Source: a virus | Taxonomy: Duplodnaviria > Caudoviricetes | IMG/VR virus record: IMGVR_UViG_3300025392_000294 | Location: 1-60,480 of that record | Strand: one strand, 5' to 3' | Length of the DNA stretch: 60,480 nucleotides | Shown here: piece after piece, positions 9,202 to 18,445 of the stretch | Layout of the letters: every line of letters begins with the position of its first letter | How positions within the stretch are numbered: position 1 is the first letter of the stretch | The notes under the pieces: model-generated | Databases searched by the model: none | Seen by the model: only the letters and a program-made list of their open reading frames with translations | Told to the model about the DNA's origin: nothing | Translations under genes and position numbers: made by a program

Positions 9202-11751
9202 ATGGGTTTGAATCTTTTTAATTTTTTCTCGCCTAACAACCAGACGGCAAGCATGGGGACGCAAACCCCAAGTACCGCTTGGCAAGGTATTGATGGTGCT
9301 GCTGAGTTTATTCCTCCACAACGCTTACGCGATGTTGTTGGTAAATTAAAAGTAAGCCAATCACAAAATATTTACGACGCCGACTTTGAATATGGCGTTC
9401 AGCCTTTGCGTTGGGAACAGATTATTAGTAATGTATCTGGTCAAGCATACATTGTTCAAAACCCCGGGCTTGGTGGCGTGTCAATGAACATTGGCGGCGG
9501 CAATACACCCGGTGATATTACGATTCGTCAGTCACGTCCTTATCACAGATACCAACCTGGTAAGACCATGTACATGGCTTCCAACGTTAACTTTGGTACA
9601 TCTGTAAGCGGACAAACACAACGCGTTGGTATTTTTGATGACTCCAACGGTATTTTCTTTTTACAGCAAGGTACTGCATACCCAGGAAATTCTGGCGCCA
9701 TGTATGCTGTTATTCGTTCTGACTCTGGTTCGGCTGGCGTTATAGATCAAGTTATTCCTTGCGATCAGTGGAATGGTAATAAAAACATTATCAATGCACT
9801 TGATTGGACCAAAGTCCAAATGATTTGGATGGAATACGCATGGTATGGAGCTGGTGCTTTGCGTTGGGGCGTTGTTCTTAACGGTGAGCCCTGGGTTTTA
9901 CACCAAGTTGGTACTGGAAACGGAATTGTTAACGGTATTGCACAAGTTAAACCTTGGAGCCGTACAGGTAATTTGCCTGTGCGCTATGAGCAAAGAGACA
10001 ACGGAAGCAGTGCTGCATCTTTGATGACGCACTATGGCGTATCAGTATTGATTGAAGGCCGTATTGATCCGCAGCGTGGTTTTACATATTCATACGGCAA
10101 TGATGCTAAGACACAAACCAGAGCTCCTTCTACTGCAATTACTCGCTATCCCGCGATGTCTTTCCGCATGAGAGCTATTGGTTCTGATATTTTTGATCAA
10201 ACCAATGCTGCCGCTACAGGCGGTTCTGCTACGACATTGACAATCAGCGCTGCAACTCCTGCAATTTCTTCTGTTGTTGGTCAACCTAATGGCGGACAAG
10301 CATTGGTCACTTTTGCATCTGCACATGGATATGCGGTAACAAATACTGCTCAAGCCAACAACCCATCCCAATATGTTACGCTAAGTTCTTTTACTGAAGT
10401 GGCAACAATTGCGACGGGAAATTACGCTTTCTCCACAACAACTTTGACCGTGACCACAGCTGTGGCTACTGGAGCGCTCCAGCCCGGTCAGGTTTTGACG
10501 GGTACAGGCGTTACAGGTTCACCCACCATTGTTAAGCAATTAACTGCAACAAGCTCTGCTGTTGGCTCTCAGGCCTATTCAAGCGGCGGTGCAGCTGGTT
10601 CAAGCGTTGTTGTGTTGGCCGCAGGCACATCGTTTGCGGTAGGCCAATTGATTGCTGGAACAGGCATTCCTGCAAGCACGTTTATCACTGCTGTTAATGG
10701 TGCCACAATCACTGTAAACCAAGCATTTACTGCTCAGGTTTCAGGCACTGTGACATCATATGCACCAGGCGGATTGGGCACATATCAAGTGAGTTCCAGC
10801 CAGACTACTGGTACAGGAACCTTGACAGCCACCACCACATACGCCGCTCAAACTTGGTTGATTCAACAAGTGCCAACAACGACAACCATGATTTTGCCAA
10901 TCCAATTGGTAAATGGTGCAACATTGACCTCTACGCCAACGGCAACGTATTGGGGCGTGAATCAGTGGGTTGGCAAGTTTGTTTATTATCAAGCCAGCTT
11001 GCCTTCAATCAGTGCAATTAGCAATCCCGCTAGTTCTACAATTGCTGGTCTGACAAATTACACATCTACCATTACATTCAGTTCAGCACATGGACTGAAG
11101 CAAGGTGATGTGATCATTATTAGCGGATCAACTCCTGCTGCAATGAATGGTATTTACTCAGTAAGCATCCCAGTATCAAACCCAACCACAACGATTACGG
11201 TTAACTGGGGCAATGTAAATCCTGGCAACTATACATCTGGCGCTTCTGCTGTGAGTCCTTATACAGGCCGTGTTACCGGAAACACAACCAGCGTTTTGAC
11301 ATTCGGTGATATTGTGACTGGCTTGCCTTTGGCCAATGGTCCTGCATCTGGCAATAGCTATCAGATTGGTCTGATTGATCGCGGTCAATTATTGCCAAAC
11401 ACATTGCTACTTAACTCTTCGCAAACATGTTTGGTTGAGTTGATTGCATCCACACCAACCAATCAGGTGTCTTTGTCTCAGGCAAACTTTGTTCCTTTGA
11501 ACACTCTGGGTTCTTATAACTCATTTGCCGAGCAAGATTTAACCTCCACATCATTGTCTGGTGGAGAGGTTGTGTATGCATTCTCTACGCCCCCCAATGG
11601 ATTGCAACAGCTTGATTTGTCAAACTTCTTTCCTGTCTTGACCAACATCAAAGGCAATATAGCGGATATTCTGACGGTTGCCGTGACTTGTGCAAACAGT
11701 GGCGGTGTGACGTTGCAGGTAAACGTGGTCTGCCAGGAAGCGATGGCTTAA
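9202..11751 (+). CDS. Large virion protein with lectin-like core and inserted T/S/G-rich beta repeats
   Basis: YHRYQPGK, RVGIFDD.NGIFF, EYAWYGAG.LRWG; repeated 'TF.SAHG' modules. Confidence 0.6.
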   Translation: MGLNLFNFFSPNNQTASMGTQTPSTAWQGIDGAAEFIPPQRLRDVVGKLKVSQSQNIYDADFEYGVQPLRWEQIISNVSGQAYIVQNPGLGGVSMNIGGGNTPGDITIRQSRPYHRYQPGKTMYMASNVNFGTSVSGQTQRVGIFDDSNGIFFLQQGTAYPGNSGAMYAVIRSDSGSAGVIDQVIPCDQWNGNKNIINALDWTKVQMIWMEYAWYGAGALRWGVVLNGEPWVLHQVGTGNGIVNGIAQVKPWSRTGNLPVRYEQRDNGSSAASLMTHYGVSVLIEGRIDPQRGFTYSYGNDAKTQTRAPSTAITRYPAMSFRMRAIGSDIFDQTNAAATGGSATTLTISAATPAISSVVGQPNGGQALVTFASAHGYAVTNTAQANNPSQYVTLSSFTEVATIATGNYAFSTTTLTVTTAVATGALQPGQVLTGTGVTGSPTIVKQLTATSSAVGSQAYSSGGAAGSSVVVLAAGTSFAVGQLIAGTGIPASTFITAVNGATITVNQAFTAQVSGTVTSYAPGGLGTYQVSSSQTTGTGTLTATTTYAAQTWLIQQVPTTTTMILPIQLVNGATLTSTPTATYWGVNQWVGKFVYYQASLPSISAISNPASSTIAGLTNYTSTITFSSAHGLKQGDVIIISGSTPAAMNGIYSVSIPVSNPTTTITVNWGNVNPGNYTSGASAVSPYTGRVTGNTTSVLTFGDIVTGLPLANGPASGNSYQIGLIDRGQLLPNTLLLNSSQTCLVELIASTPTNQVSLSQANFVPLNTLGSYNSFAEQDLTSTSLSGGEVVYAFSTPPNGLQQLDLSNFFPVLTNIKGNIADILTVAVTCANSGGVTLQVNVVCQEAMA

Positions 11752-11752
11752 T

Positions 11753-12040
11753 ATGGCCACCCCCGCATGGCAACGCAAAGAAGGGAAGAATCCGAATGGC
11801 GGTCTAAACGCCAAAGGAAGAGCGTCAGCCGCGAAGGAGGGGATGCATTTAAAGCCTCCCCAACCCGAGGGCGGATCAAGGAAGAAAAGCTTTTGCGCAA
11901 GAATGTCGGGGATGAAAGAAAAGTTGACGTCTTCCAAGACTGCCAACGATCCAAATAGTCGGATCAACAAAAGTCTACGGGCTTGGAAATGCGCTGACGG
12001 TTGTGCTATTAGAGGACATACAAAAGGTAGGATGGTGTAA
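11753..12040 (+). CDS. Small basic protein
   Basis: PAWQRKEGKNPNGGLNAKGR...SFCARM...SRINKSLRAWKC; K/R-rich. Confidence 0.7.
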   Translation: MATPAWQRKEGKNPNGGLNAKGRASAAKEGMHLKPPQPEGGSRKKSFCARMSGMKEKLTSSKTANDPNSRINKSLRAWKCADGCAIRGHTKGRMV

Positions 12041-12041
12041 T

Positions 12042-12326
12042 ATGGCTACTCAAGGTGCTGGAGCTGGAAGAGGAAAACAAGGCGGGCCAACTGCCGAGCA
12101 AATGGCCGAACGCAATAGTCCCAACTATATGACGCCAGAAACCGAGCGACAGTTAAGAGCTGAACGTGATGAGCGTTTGGAGCAAGCCAAAGCCAATGAG
12201 GCCTACAATGAGGCCAGCAAAAGCATGGGTAAAAAACGTGGCGGTAAAATTGCACACCATAAAACGCATGCCAAGAAACGTGATGGAATTGCAAAGCGTG
12301 GTCACACCAAAGGATCGATGAGATAA
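12042..12326 (+). CDS. Small basic protein with KRGG and RGHTKG motifs
   Basis: Tightly packed ORF; C-terminal DGIAKRGHTKG. Confidence 0.65.
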   Translation: MATQGAGAGRGKQGGPTAEQMAERNSPNYMTPETERQLRAERDERLEQAKANEAYNEASKSMGKKRGGKIAHHKTHAKKRDGIAKRGHTKGSMR

Positions 12327-12328
12327 TT

Positions 12329-12517
12329 ATGGCAGACATCGAACTAACAGAACGCGAACAAGCCATTGCCAAAGAGGCGGCACGCATTGCTATTGAAGAG
12401 CTCGCTGGCGAGTTCTATAGACAAGTTGGTAAAACAATTATCAACAAAGTTCTTGTTTGGGTTGGGGCGATTGTCGTAGGCTTTGTCATTGGCAAAGGCT
12501 GGAACTTTAAGATCTAA
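12329..12517 (+). CDS. Small membrane protein
   Basis: C-terminal hydrophobic helix VLVWVGAIVVGFVIG. Confidence 0.65.
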   Translation: MADIELTEREQAIAKEAARIAIEELAGEFYRQVGKTIINKVLVWVGAIVVGFVIGKGWNFKI

Positions 12518-12518
12518 T

Positions 12519-13073
12519 ATGCCTAGCACAAGCAAAAAACAACACAATTTCATGGAGGCGGTGGCTCACAATCCATCGTTTGCCAAGAAGGTGGGGGTCC
12601 CTCAAAATGTGGGGCAAGAGTTCAGTAAAGCGGACAAAGGCCGCACATTTAAACAAGGTGGAAATATGAAAAACGAAATGCATCATCATCACATGAAAAT
12701 GGCTCATCATCACTTGAAAGAAGCGATGAAACACGGTGGAGAAGCCAAAGAACCCCATTCAAAAGACATGGGCGAAAAGGCTTTTAAACACGGTGGCCAC
12801 GTTAGAAAAATGGCTGGCGGTGGAGACACAGTTGGTCGTGAAGGTATTGCCGAGAAACGCGGCATGACTACAGCCAAAATGGGTAGAGTTGCTGCTGGTG
12901 GCGAAAAGAAACACGGCGAGCACAAAATCCAAGAACGTGGCCATACACGCGCATTGCAAGAGAAAATGAAGGGTAACACTATTGGTGACGGTCCTTTGTA
13001 TAACGTCAAAGGCCCAGCCATGAAGCGCGGCGGTAAGACTCATGCCATGAAACGTGGCGGCAAAGCTTGTTAA
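12519..13073 (+). CDS. Basic K/H-rich protein with repeated (M/F)KxGG motifs
   Basis: FKQGG, MKHGG, FKHGG, MAGGG, MKRGG x2. Confidence 0.7.
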   Translation: MPSTSKKQHNFMEAVAHNPSFAKKVGVPQNVGQEFSKADKGRTFKQGGNMKNEMHHHHMKMAHHHLKEAMKHGGEAKEPHSKDMGEKAFKHGGHVRKMAGGGDTVGREGIAEKRGMTTAKMGRVAAGGEKKHGEHKIQERGHTRALQEKMKGNTIGDGPLYNVKGPAMKRGGKTHAMKRGGKAC

Positions 13074-13082
13074 GGAAAAACC

Positions 13083-13292
13083 ATGAAACATCATCACCCA
13101 GAACATCACGAGCACGTTCATCCTGCTGGTCATGAGCACCATCATGAGACTAAACATCATGTTCACCACATGAAAGAACATGAAGTCAATGGTCACAAGC
13201 ATCATCATCACATTTATGGTGAGCATGCTGCTGGTCATCACAAGCACCACGAAGTAGCCGAACATTTGCACAAACATCAAGTATCCAAATAA
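13083..13292 (+). CDS. Histidine-rich protein (29 of 69 residues)
   Basis: TAAGGA RBS; His counted from the translation. Confidence 0.7.
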   Translation: MKHHHPEHHEHVHPAGHEHHHETKHHVHHMKEHEVNGHKHHHHIYGEHAAGHHKHHEVAEHLHKHQVSK

Positions 13293-13302
13293 GGAGACTG
13301 TT

Positions 13303-13518
13303 ATGCCTATGAATTCAATGATGATGGCTCCCGGACAAATGCGCCGGCCACCTATGGCAGGTCGTATGCCAGTCAATCCCCTGTTGGCGGCTAAACGTCC
13401 TGGTGGAATGAGTAAAGGTGGTTCTGCGCATCGTGCAAGCGAGCGTGCAGATGGATGCTGTGAAAAAGGCCATACCAAAGGTACTATCGTTGCATGCAAA
13501 GGCGGGATGTACAAATGA
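13303..13518 (+). CDS. Small basic protein with GHTKG motif
   Basis: AAGGAG RBS; MSKGG...DGCCEKGHTKG. Confidence 0.65.
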   Translation: MPMNSMMMAPGQMRRPPMAGRMPVNPLLAAKRPGGMSKGGSAHRASERADGCCEKGHTKGTIVACKGGMYK

Positions 13519-13769
13519 TGGCAAGTCGTGGCATGGGAGACATTAACCCGTCAAAAATGCCGGGCAGGAAGGTCATCAAGAGAAAAGATGACCCGAATGA
13601 TGTCTCTATGTACAAGAAGGGCGGGGAGGTTTGGGATAAGCCTCGCCCTAAAAGTCTTGGTAAGCCCAACAAGTTGACCCCTGCCAAAAAGGCTGCTGCA
13701 AAGAAAGCGGCCAAAAAGGCGGGACGTCATTATCCAAATTTAATTGATAACATGAGAGCTGCGCAATGA
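13515..13769 (+). CDS. Small basic protein
   Basis: MMASRGMGDINPSK...YKKGG...AGRHYPNLIDNM; ATGA overlaps. Confidence 0.65.
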   Translation: MMASRGMGDINPSKMPGRKVIKRKDDPNDVSMYKKGGEVWDKPRPKSLGKPNKLTPAKKAAAKKAAKKAGRHYPNLIDNMRAAQ

Positions 13770-13960
13770 AACAACATATCATGAATTATTTGAGCCAAAT
13801 GGGTTATCCCGTTTCCAGCTTTGAACATACTCTTCTTGAGAAGTTTGCTGCTTTTGTAGCCGCATCTGAGCAAGCTGAACCCGTCGTTGAAACGCCTGTA
13901 GTTGAGGCTCCTGTAGTTGAGACTCCTGCTGTAGAAGAAGAAGTTGATAAGGCTAAATAA
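13766..13960 (+). CDS. Small acidic protein with PVVE repeats
   Basis: PVVETPVVEAPVVETPAVEE. Confidence 0.55.
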   Translation: MKQHIMNYLSQMGYPVSSFEHTLLEKFAAFVAASEQAEPVVETPVVEAPVVETPAVEEEVDKAK

Positions 13961-14913
13961 TGGCCATAACAACGTCCGGAGCCACGGGGTTTAATTTACA
14001 GCTTCCTGAGTTAGTCGAGGAGGCTTTTGAACGTTGTGGCAGCGAATCTCGCACTGGATATGATGTTAAAACGGCTCGCAGATCATTGAATCTGCTGTTT
14101 GCGGACTGGGCTAACCGTGGTGTTAATATGTGGACGTTTGAGCAAGACGTCATCACGTTAGCCCAAGGTCAGCCCACCTATGTGGTTCCTGACGATACTG
14201 TCGATTTACTCGAGCACGTCATCAGAACCAATGCCAATGTGGCCTCTAACCAGGCTGATTTGACGATTACGCGTATCAGCGTGTCTACTTATGCGACCAT
14301 CCCCAACAAGTTGGTACAAGGACGCCCCATCCAATTATGGATTCAGCGCCTAACAGCCAACACTTCACCGACTGCCATCACCATTGCCAGCGCTGTTGGG
14401 ACTACAGATACGCAAATTGCGGTAAGTTCACTGTCTGGATTACCAAATGCAGGCTGGGTAACCCTCGATAATGAGCTAATTGGCTACAACGAGCTTCAGC
14501 CGGCAGTCAATGGCTATCCCGCTTACATCTTAAACTGCACTCGCGGTCAAGGAACTACAACTGCGGCCACTCATAGTGCTGGTATTGCCCTCTATTTGAC
14601 CCAGAAAAACAGCGTAACCGTGTGGCCAACGCCCGATAACGCCAATACTTACCAGCTTGTGTACTGGAGAATGCGTCGAGTACAGGATGCTGGGGGCGGA
14701 ACTAACATTGCAGACGTGCCATTCAGGTTTATTCCATGTTTAGTGGCTGGTTTGTCCTACTACATGGCCATGAAGATACCTGGCGCACTCGATAGAATAC
14801 AGATTTTGAAGGCTCAGTACGATGAAGCCTGGAATAATGCAGCACAGGAGGATCAAGAGAAAGCCGCCGTCAGGTTTGTGCCCAGACAGATGTATATTGG
14901 CGGCTCTTTCTAA
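13960..14913 (+). CDS. Head-tail adaptor / tail tubular protein A-like
   Basis: LVEEAFERCG, ARRSLNLLFADWANRG, VWPTPD, VPFRFIPCLVAGLSYY. Confidence 0.65.
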   Translation: MAITTSGATGFNLQLPELVEEAFERCGSESRTGYDVKTARRSLNLLFADWANRGVNMWTFEQDVITLAQGQPTYVVPDDTVDLLEHVIRTNANVASNQADLTITRISVSTYATIPNKLVQGRPIQLWIQRLTANTSPTAITIASAVGTTDTQIAVSSLSGLPNAGWVTLDNELIGYNELQPAVNGYPAYILNCTRGQGTTTAATHSAGIALYLTQKNSVTVWPTPDNANTYQLVYWRMRRVQDAGGGTNIADVPFRFIPCLVAGLSYYMAMKIPGALDRIQILKAQYDEAWNNAAQEDQEKAAVRFVPRQMYIGGSF

Positions 14914-15302
14914 TGGGAAATAGGTTTTCTTCCGGTAAAAACTCGATTGCAGAGTGTGATCGGTGTGGTTTTCGTTATAAATTGACAAATCTCAAGAAGG
15001 AAGTCATAAAAACCAAGGTATACAACTTGTTGGTGTGTCCAACTTGTTGGGACCCAGACCAGCCGCAGTTGCAATTGGGTATGTTCCCAGTGGATGACCC
15101 CCAGGGCGTGAGAGATCCAAGGCCGGACTTGAGTTATTACCAGTCAGGCAAATTGTCAGATGGATTTGTGGGTGAGGGAAGTAGAGTTTTCCAGTGGGGT
15201 TGGAACCCTGTTGGTGGAGCCAGCAGTTTTGATGTTGCATTGACTCAAAATGATTTGATTCCAACCGTGCAAGTTGGTACAGTTACGATAGTTACAACGT
15301 AG
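14913..15302 (+). CDS. Zinc-ribbon virion-module protein
   Basis: CDRC...CPTC; DPQGVRDPRPD. Confidence 0.65.
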   Translation: MGNRFSSGKNSIAECDRCGFRYKLTNLKKEVIKTKVYNLLVCPTCWDPDQPQLQLGMFPVDDPQGVRDPRPDLSYYQSGKLSDGFVGEGSRVFQWGWNPVGGASSFDVALTQNDLIPTVQVGTVTIVTT

Positions 15303-15311
15303 GAGTTTGAA

Positions 15312-15503
15312 ATGAAACACGACGATATTAAAGAAGACAAAAAGCTGATTAAGAAGGCTTTTTCTATGCACGACAAACAGCTGCATGAGAACAAAAAAAC
15401 CAATCTTACAAAGCTTAAAAAAGGTGGCCCAACCGGCAAAGATATGCGTGCTGTTGGACGTAACTTGGCCAGAGCGCATAACCAAAAACCTGGAAGCAAA
15501 TAA
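15312..15503 (+). CDS. Small basic protein
   Basis: AGGAG RBS; LKKGG; GRNLARA. Confidence 0.6.
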   Translation: MKHDDIKEDKKLIKKAFSMHDKQLHENKKTNLTKLKKGGPTGKDMRAVGRNLARAHNQKPGSK

Positions 15504-15790
15504 TGAAAACTCAAGTCAAGCCCACCAAAAAAAATAGCCCTGCTATTCACCGTGCCAGCGATGTCAACAATGGTCCTGCTGCTGAGTATGCAAAGCCACA
15601 CGACATGAAAGGCCGTCCAGTAGGACCATCTGCCGCTTTCACAGACCCTGAGTTTGAGAAGAAAAAGAACTGGGTTCCTTTGATGGGCGTGTCTATCACG
15701 ATGGATGACCGCGTTAAAGATGACGGCATTAAGATTCGTGGCACTGGAGCTGCAACCAAAGGCGTGATGGCTAGAGGCCCAATGGCATGA
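15503..15790 (+). CDS. Small basic protein
   Basis: C-terminal IRGTGAATKG. Confidence 0.6.
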   Translation: MKTQVKPTKKNSPAIHRASDVNNGPAAEYAKPHDMKGRPVGPSAAFTDPEFEKKKNWVPLMGVSITMDDRVKDDGIKIRGTGAATKGVMARGPMA

Positions 15791-16887
15791 CATATTCCGA
15801 GCTGTCTCAACTCATACAGGATTACACGCAGAACTACGAGAGCACTTTCGTAGCGGATATTCCTATGTTTGTTGAGCAGGCGGAACAGCGTATCTTTAAC
15901 ACGATACAGTTTCCATCCATTCGCAAGAATTCAACGGGAACCATTACACAGAACAATCAGTATCTGTCGTTGCCGTCTGACTTCTTAGCAGTGTATTCTT
16001 TGGCCATTTTTGAAAACGCAACTCCTACGGCCACAGGTACATCGGGCGCGTATACAATCACCGTGTCCAGCGCTACCAACATTTTGTTGGGTCAGATTGC
16101 CTCTGGTACAGGGATAGCGACCGGAGCCACCGTTACAAATATCAACGGCTTGATAATCACGTTTAATTTGCCCAATACAGCTGCGGTTTCTGGGACGATT
16201 ACGTTCCAGGGCAATTATTCATTCTTGTTGAACAAAGACGTCAACTTTATCCGTGAGACGTACAACAACCCAACTTCCTACGGCACGCCACAGTATTACG
16301 CATTGTTTGGCCCAACAGTAAGCGGCGGATCGGTCTCTACCAACTTGTCGGTCATCATGGGTCCAACGCCCGATGCCCTCTATACTGCCGAGCTGCATTA
16401 TTACTATTACCCAACATCGATTGTCCAGTCTGCCATCAACGGCACAAGTATTTATGCGGCTGGGTCTGGCTATTCCAATGGAACGTACTACAACCAAACG
16501 CTCACAGGCGGCACAGGCACTGGAGCAAGGGCCGATATCACGGTTGCTGGTGGCGTGGTCACGGCGGTAACTTTGAATTACAACGGCTCTTATTACGCCC
16601 CTGGAGACCTATTGTCTGCCAGTTTTGGCAATGGAACCAACTTTCAGCTACAGGTTAACTCTGTAAACAACCCAACTGGCACAAGCTGGCTGGGTCAGAA
16701 CTTTGATACCGTGCTTTTGTACGGCGCTTTGGTTGAGGCTTACACCTTTATGAAGGGTGAGGCTGATGTGCTTAAAGTTTACTTTGATCGTTATTCCGAG
16801 GCACTGGCTCTAGCTAAACGTCTTGGCGATGGCATGGAGCGTACCGACGCCTACAGAACAGGTCAATATAGTCAGGCGGTTAAATGA
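15787..16887 (+). CDS. Head-tail adaptor protein with inserted beta domains
   Basis: MTYSEL..LIQDYT.N, GPTPD..YT.ELHYYY, LLYGALVEAYTFMKG. Confidence 0.65.
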   Translation: MTYSELSQLIQDYTQNYESTFVADIPMFVEQAEQRIFNTIQFPSIRKNSTGTITQNNQYLSLPSDFLAVYSLAIFENATPTATGTSGAYTITVSSATNILLGQIASGTGIATGATVTNINGLIITFNLPNTAAVSGTITFQGNYSFLLNKDVNFIRETYNNPTSYGTPQYYALFGPTVSGGSVSTNLSVIMGPTPDALYTAELHYYYYPTSIVQSAINGTSIYAAGSGYSNGTYYNQTLTGGTGTGARADITVAGGVVTAVTLNYNGSYYAPGDLLSASFGNGTNFQLQVNSVNNPTGTSWLGQNFDTVLLYGALVEAYTFMKGEADVLKVYFDRYSEALALAKRLGDGMERTDAYRTGQYSQAVK

Positions 16888-17327
16888 GCATAGTCCAAAC
16901 GGCTACGACCAGCTTTAAAGTCCAGTTGGCTCAAGGTTTACACAACTTTGGGCCCACCAGTCCGAACACGTTTTACATTGCTTTGTTTACTGCAAATGCA
17001 CTGTTAAATGCCACCATCACGCAGTACACCTCCCAACTTGTTGGGGAGGTATCTGGAACCGGCTACAGTGCAGGCGGGATTCCATTGACCATCTCACAAT
17101 CCCCCACATCGGGCTCTACAGGCGGTACAACCGCTTATTGGTCATTTGCCAATGCCATATGGTCACCGGCAGCATTTACATGCCGTGGGGCCTTGATTTA
17201 CAATCAAAGTCAAAGCAATGCTTCAGTGGCTATTCTTGATTTTGGTGGGGATAAAACCTGCACCAATTCATTCACCATTCAGTTCCCAGCCGTTAACAAC
17301 ACAAACGCAATATTGCGAATCGCATAG
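16884..17327 (+). CDS. Tail structural protein
   Basis: SFK.QL..G.HNF, FYIALFT, GALIYN, LDFGGDK. Confidence 0.6.
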   Translation: MSIVQTATTSFKVQLAQGLHNFGPTSPNTFYIALFTANALLNATITQYTSQLVGEVSGTGYSAGGIPLTISQSPTSGSTGGTTAYWSFANAIWSPAAFTCRGALIYNQSQSNASVAILDFGGDKTCTNSFTIQFPAVNNTNAILRIA

Positions 17328-17335
17328 GAGTCATC

Positions 17336-17941
17336 ATGACGAACGAAACTCAAGGATGTGGAGACTACGCTGTAGCTACACTTAATACCAATCCCAAGGT
17401 GCCAGAAGGCATGGGCATTGAAGGCTGGTATCACGTTATTTGTCATGACAAAGACGGCAACTTTAAGTGGGAAGATAAGTTTCCCAATTTGGTGGTCGCA
17501 GGCGGCAAGCAGTTAATGTTGGATACGTTGCTTAGAGGCAGCGCTTATACTGTTGTCGGACCTTTCCTTGGCCTAACAAATGCCACTTTGACTCCTGCCG
17601 CAACAGACACCATGACCACTTTGGTGGGCGGTGGTAAAGAGTTTACGGCTTATACAGTCAGCGGATCAGCGGTTCGTGGTACAGCGGTGTTTGCAGCGTC
17701 TACATCAACTGGATCAACACCCTCTAACGTGACGTCCAGTACCGCTACGGCGATTACCTACACGATCACAGGTGGCGGAGGAACAGTTTACGGTTGCTTC
17801 TTGGTGACTGGAACAGGTGCTGTCAGCACGCAAAGCAACACCAGTGGAACCTTGTATTCTGAGGGCAACTTCAGTACAGCCAAAGCCACAACGGCAGGCG
17901 ATACCGTATCGGTAACATATAGCACAACTGCTACATCTTGA
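17336..17941 (+). CDS. Tail structural protein
   Basis: KWED.FPNLVV..GKQ.ML, GTLYS, GDTVSVTY. Confidence 0.6.
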   Translation: MTNETQGCGDYAVATLNTNPKVPEGMGIEGWYHVICHDKDGNFKWEDKFPNLVVAGGKQLMLDTLLRGSAYTVVGPFLGLTNATLTPAATDTMTTLVGGGKEFTAYTVSGSAVRGTAVFAASTSTGSTPSNVTSSTATAITYTITGGGGTVYGCFLVTGTGAVSTQSNTSGTLYSEGNFSTAKATTAGDTVSVTYSTTATS

Positions 17942-17953
17942 TTGGGGCTTTAG

Positions 17954-18445
17954 ATGGCTCTGCAAGTTGCTGATAGAGTCCAAGTACAGAGTACAAGCTA
18001 CACAACAAGTAGTTTTACTCTGGGCTCTGCCGTCACTGGGTTTCAGTCCTTTTCTGCGCTAACCAACGCAAATACAACCTATTATGCGGCCACAGACTCC
18101 TCTGGTAACTGGGAGGTTGGGTATGGTGCGTACACTTCTGCAACACCAGCTCTTGCGCGCACGACCATATTGTCGTCCAGCAACTCGGGCAGCGTGGTCA
18201 CGTTTAGCGGTACGGTCAATGTTTTCATCACCTATCCCGCTGGAAAGTCTGTTAATTTAGACATTAATAACGTGGCCAATGCTCCAGTATTTGCGGCTAC
18301 CAATGGATTGGTTACAAATAACCAGACGATTGCCACGTCGTATTCGATACCAGCTGGATATGCCGCCTCTTCTGTTGGCCCTATAACCATGTCCTCTGGA
18401 GCGGCTGTTACCGTTCCTAGTGGATCACGCTGGGTGATCTTGTAA
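17954..18445 (+). CDS. Tail fibre-associated protein
   Basis: ADRV, WEVGYG, VFITYPA; C-terminal TVPSGSRWVIL module. Confidence 0.6.
   Translation: MALQVADRVQVQSTSYTTSSFTLGSAVTGFQSFSALTNANTTYYAATDSSGNWEVGYGAYTSATPALARTTILSSSNSGSVVTFSGTVNVFITYPAGKSVNLDINNVANAPVFAATNGLVTNNQTIATSYSIPAGYAASSVGPITMSSGAAVTVPSGSRWVIL

Noticed and set aside
12759-13514. 251-aa minus-strand ORF and similar antisense ORFs in the structural region
   Set aside because: Shadow frames of well-supported plus-strand genes, with no RBS or family motifs
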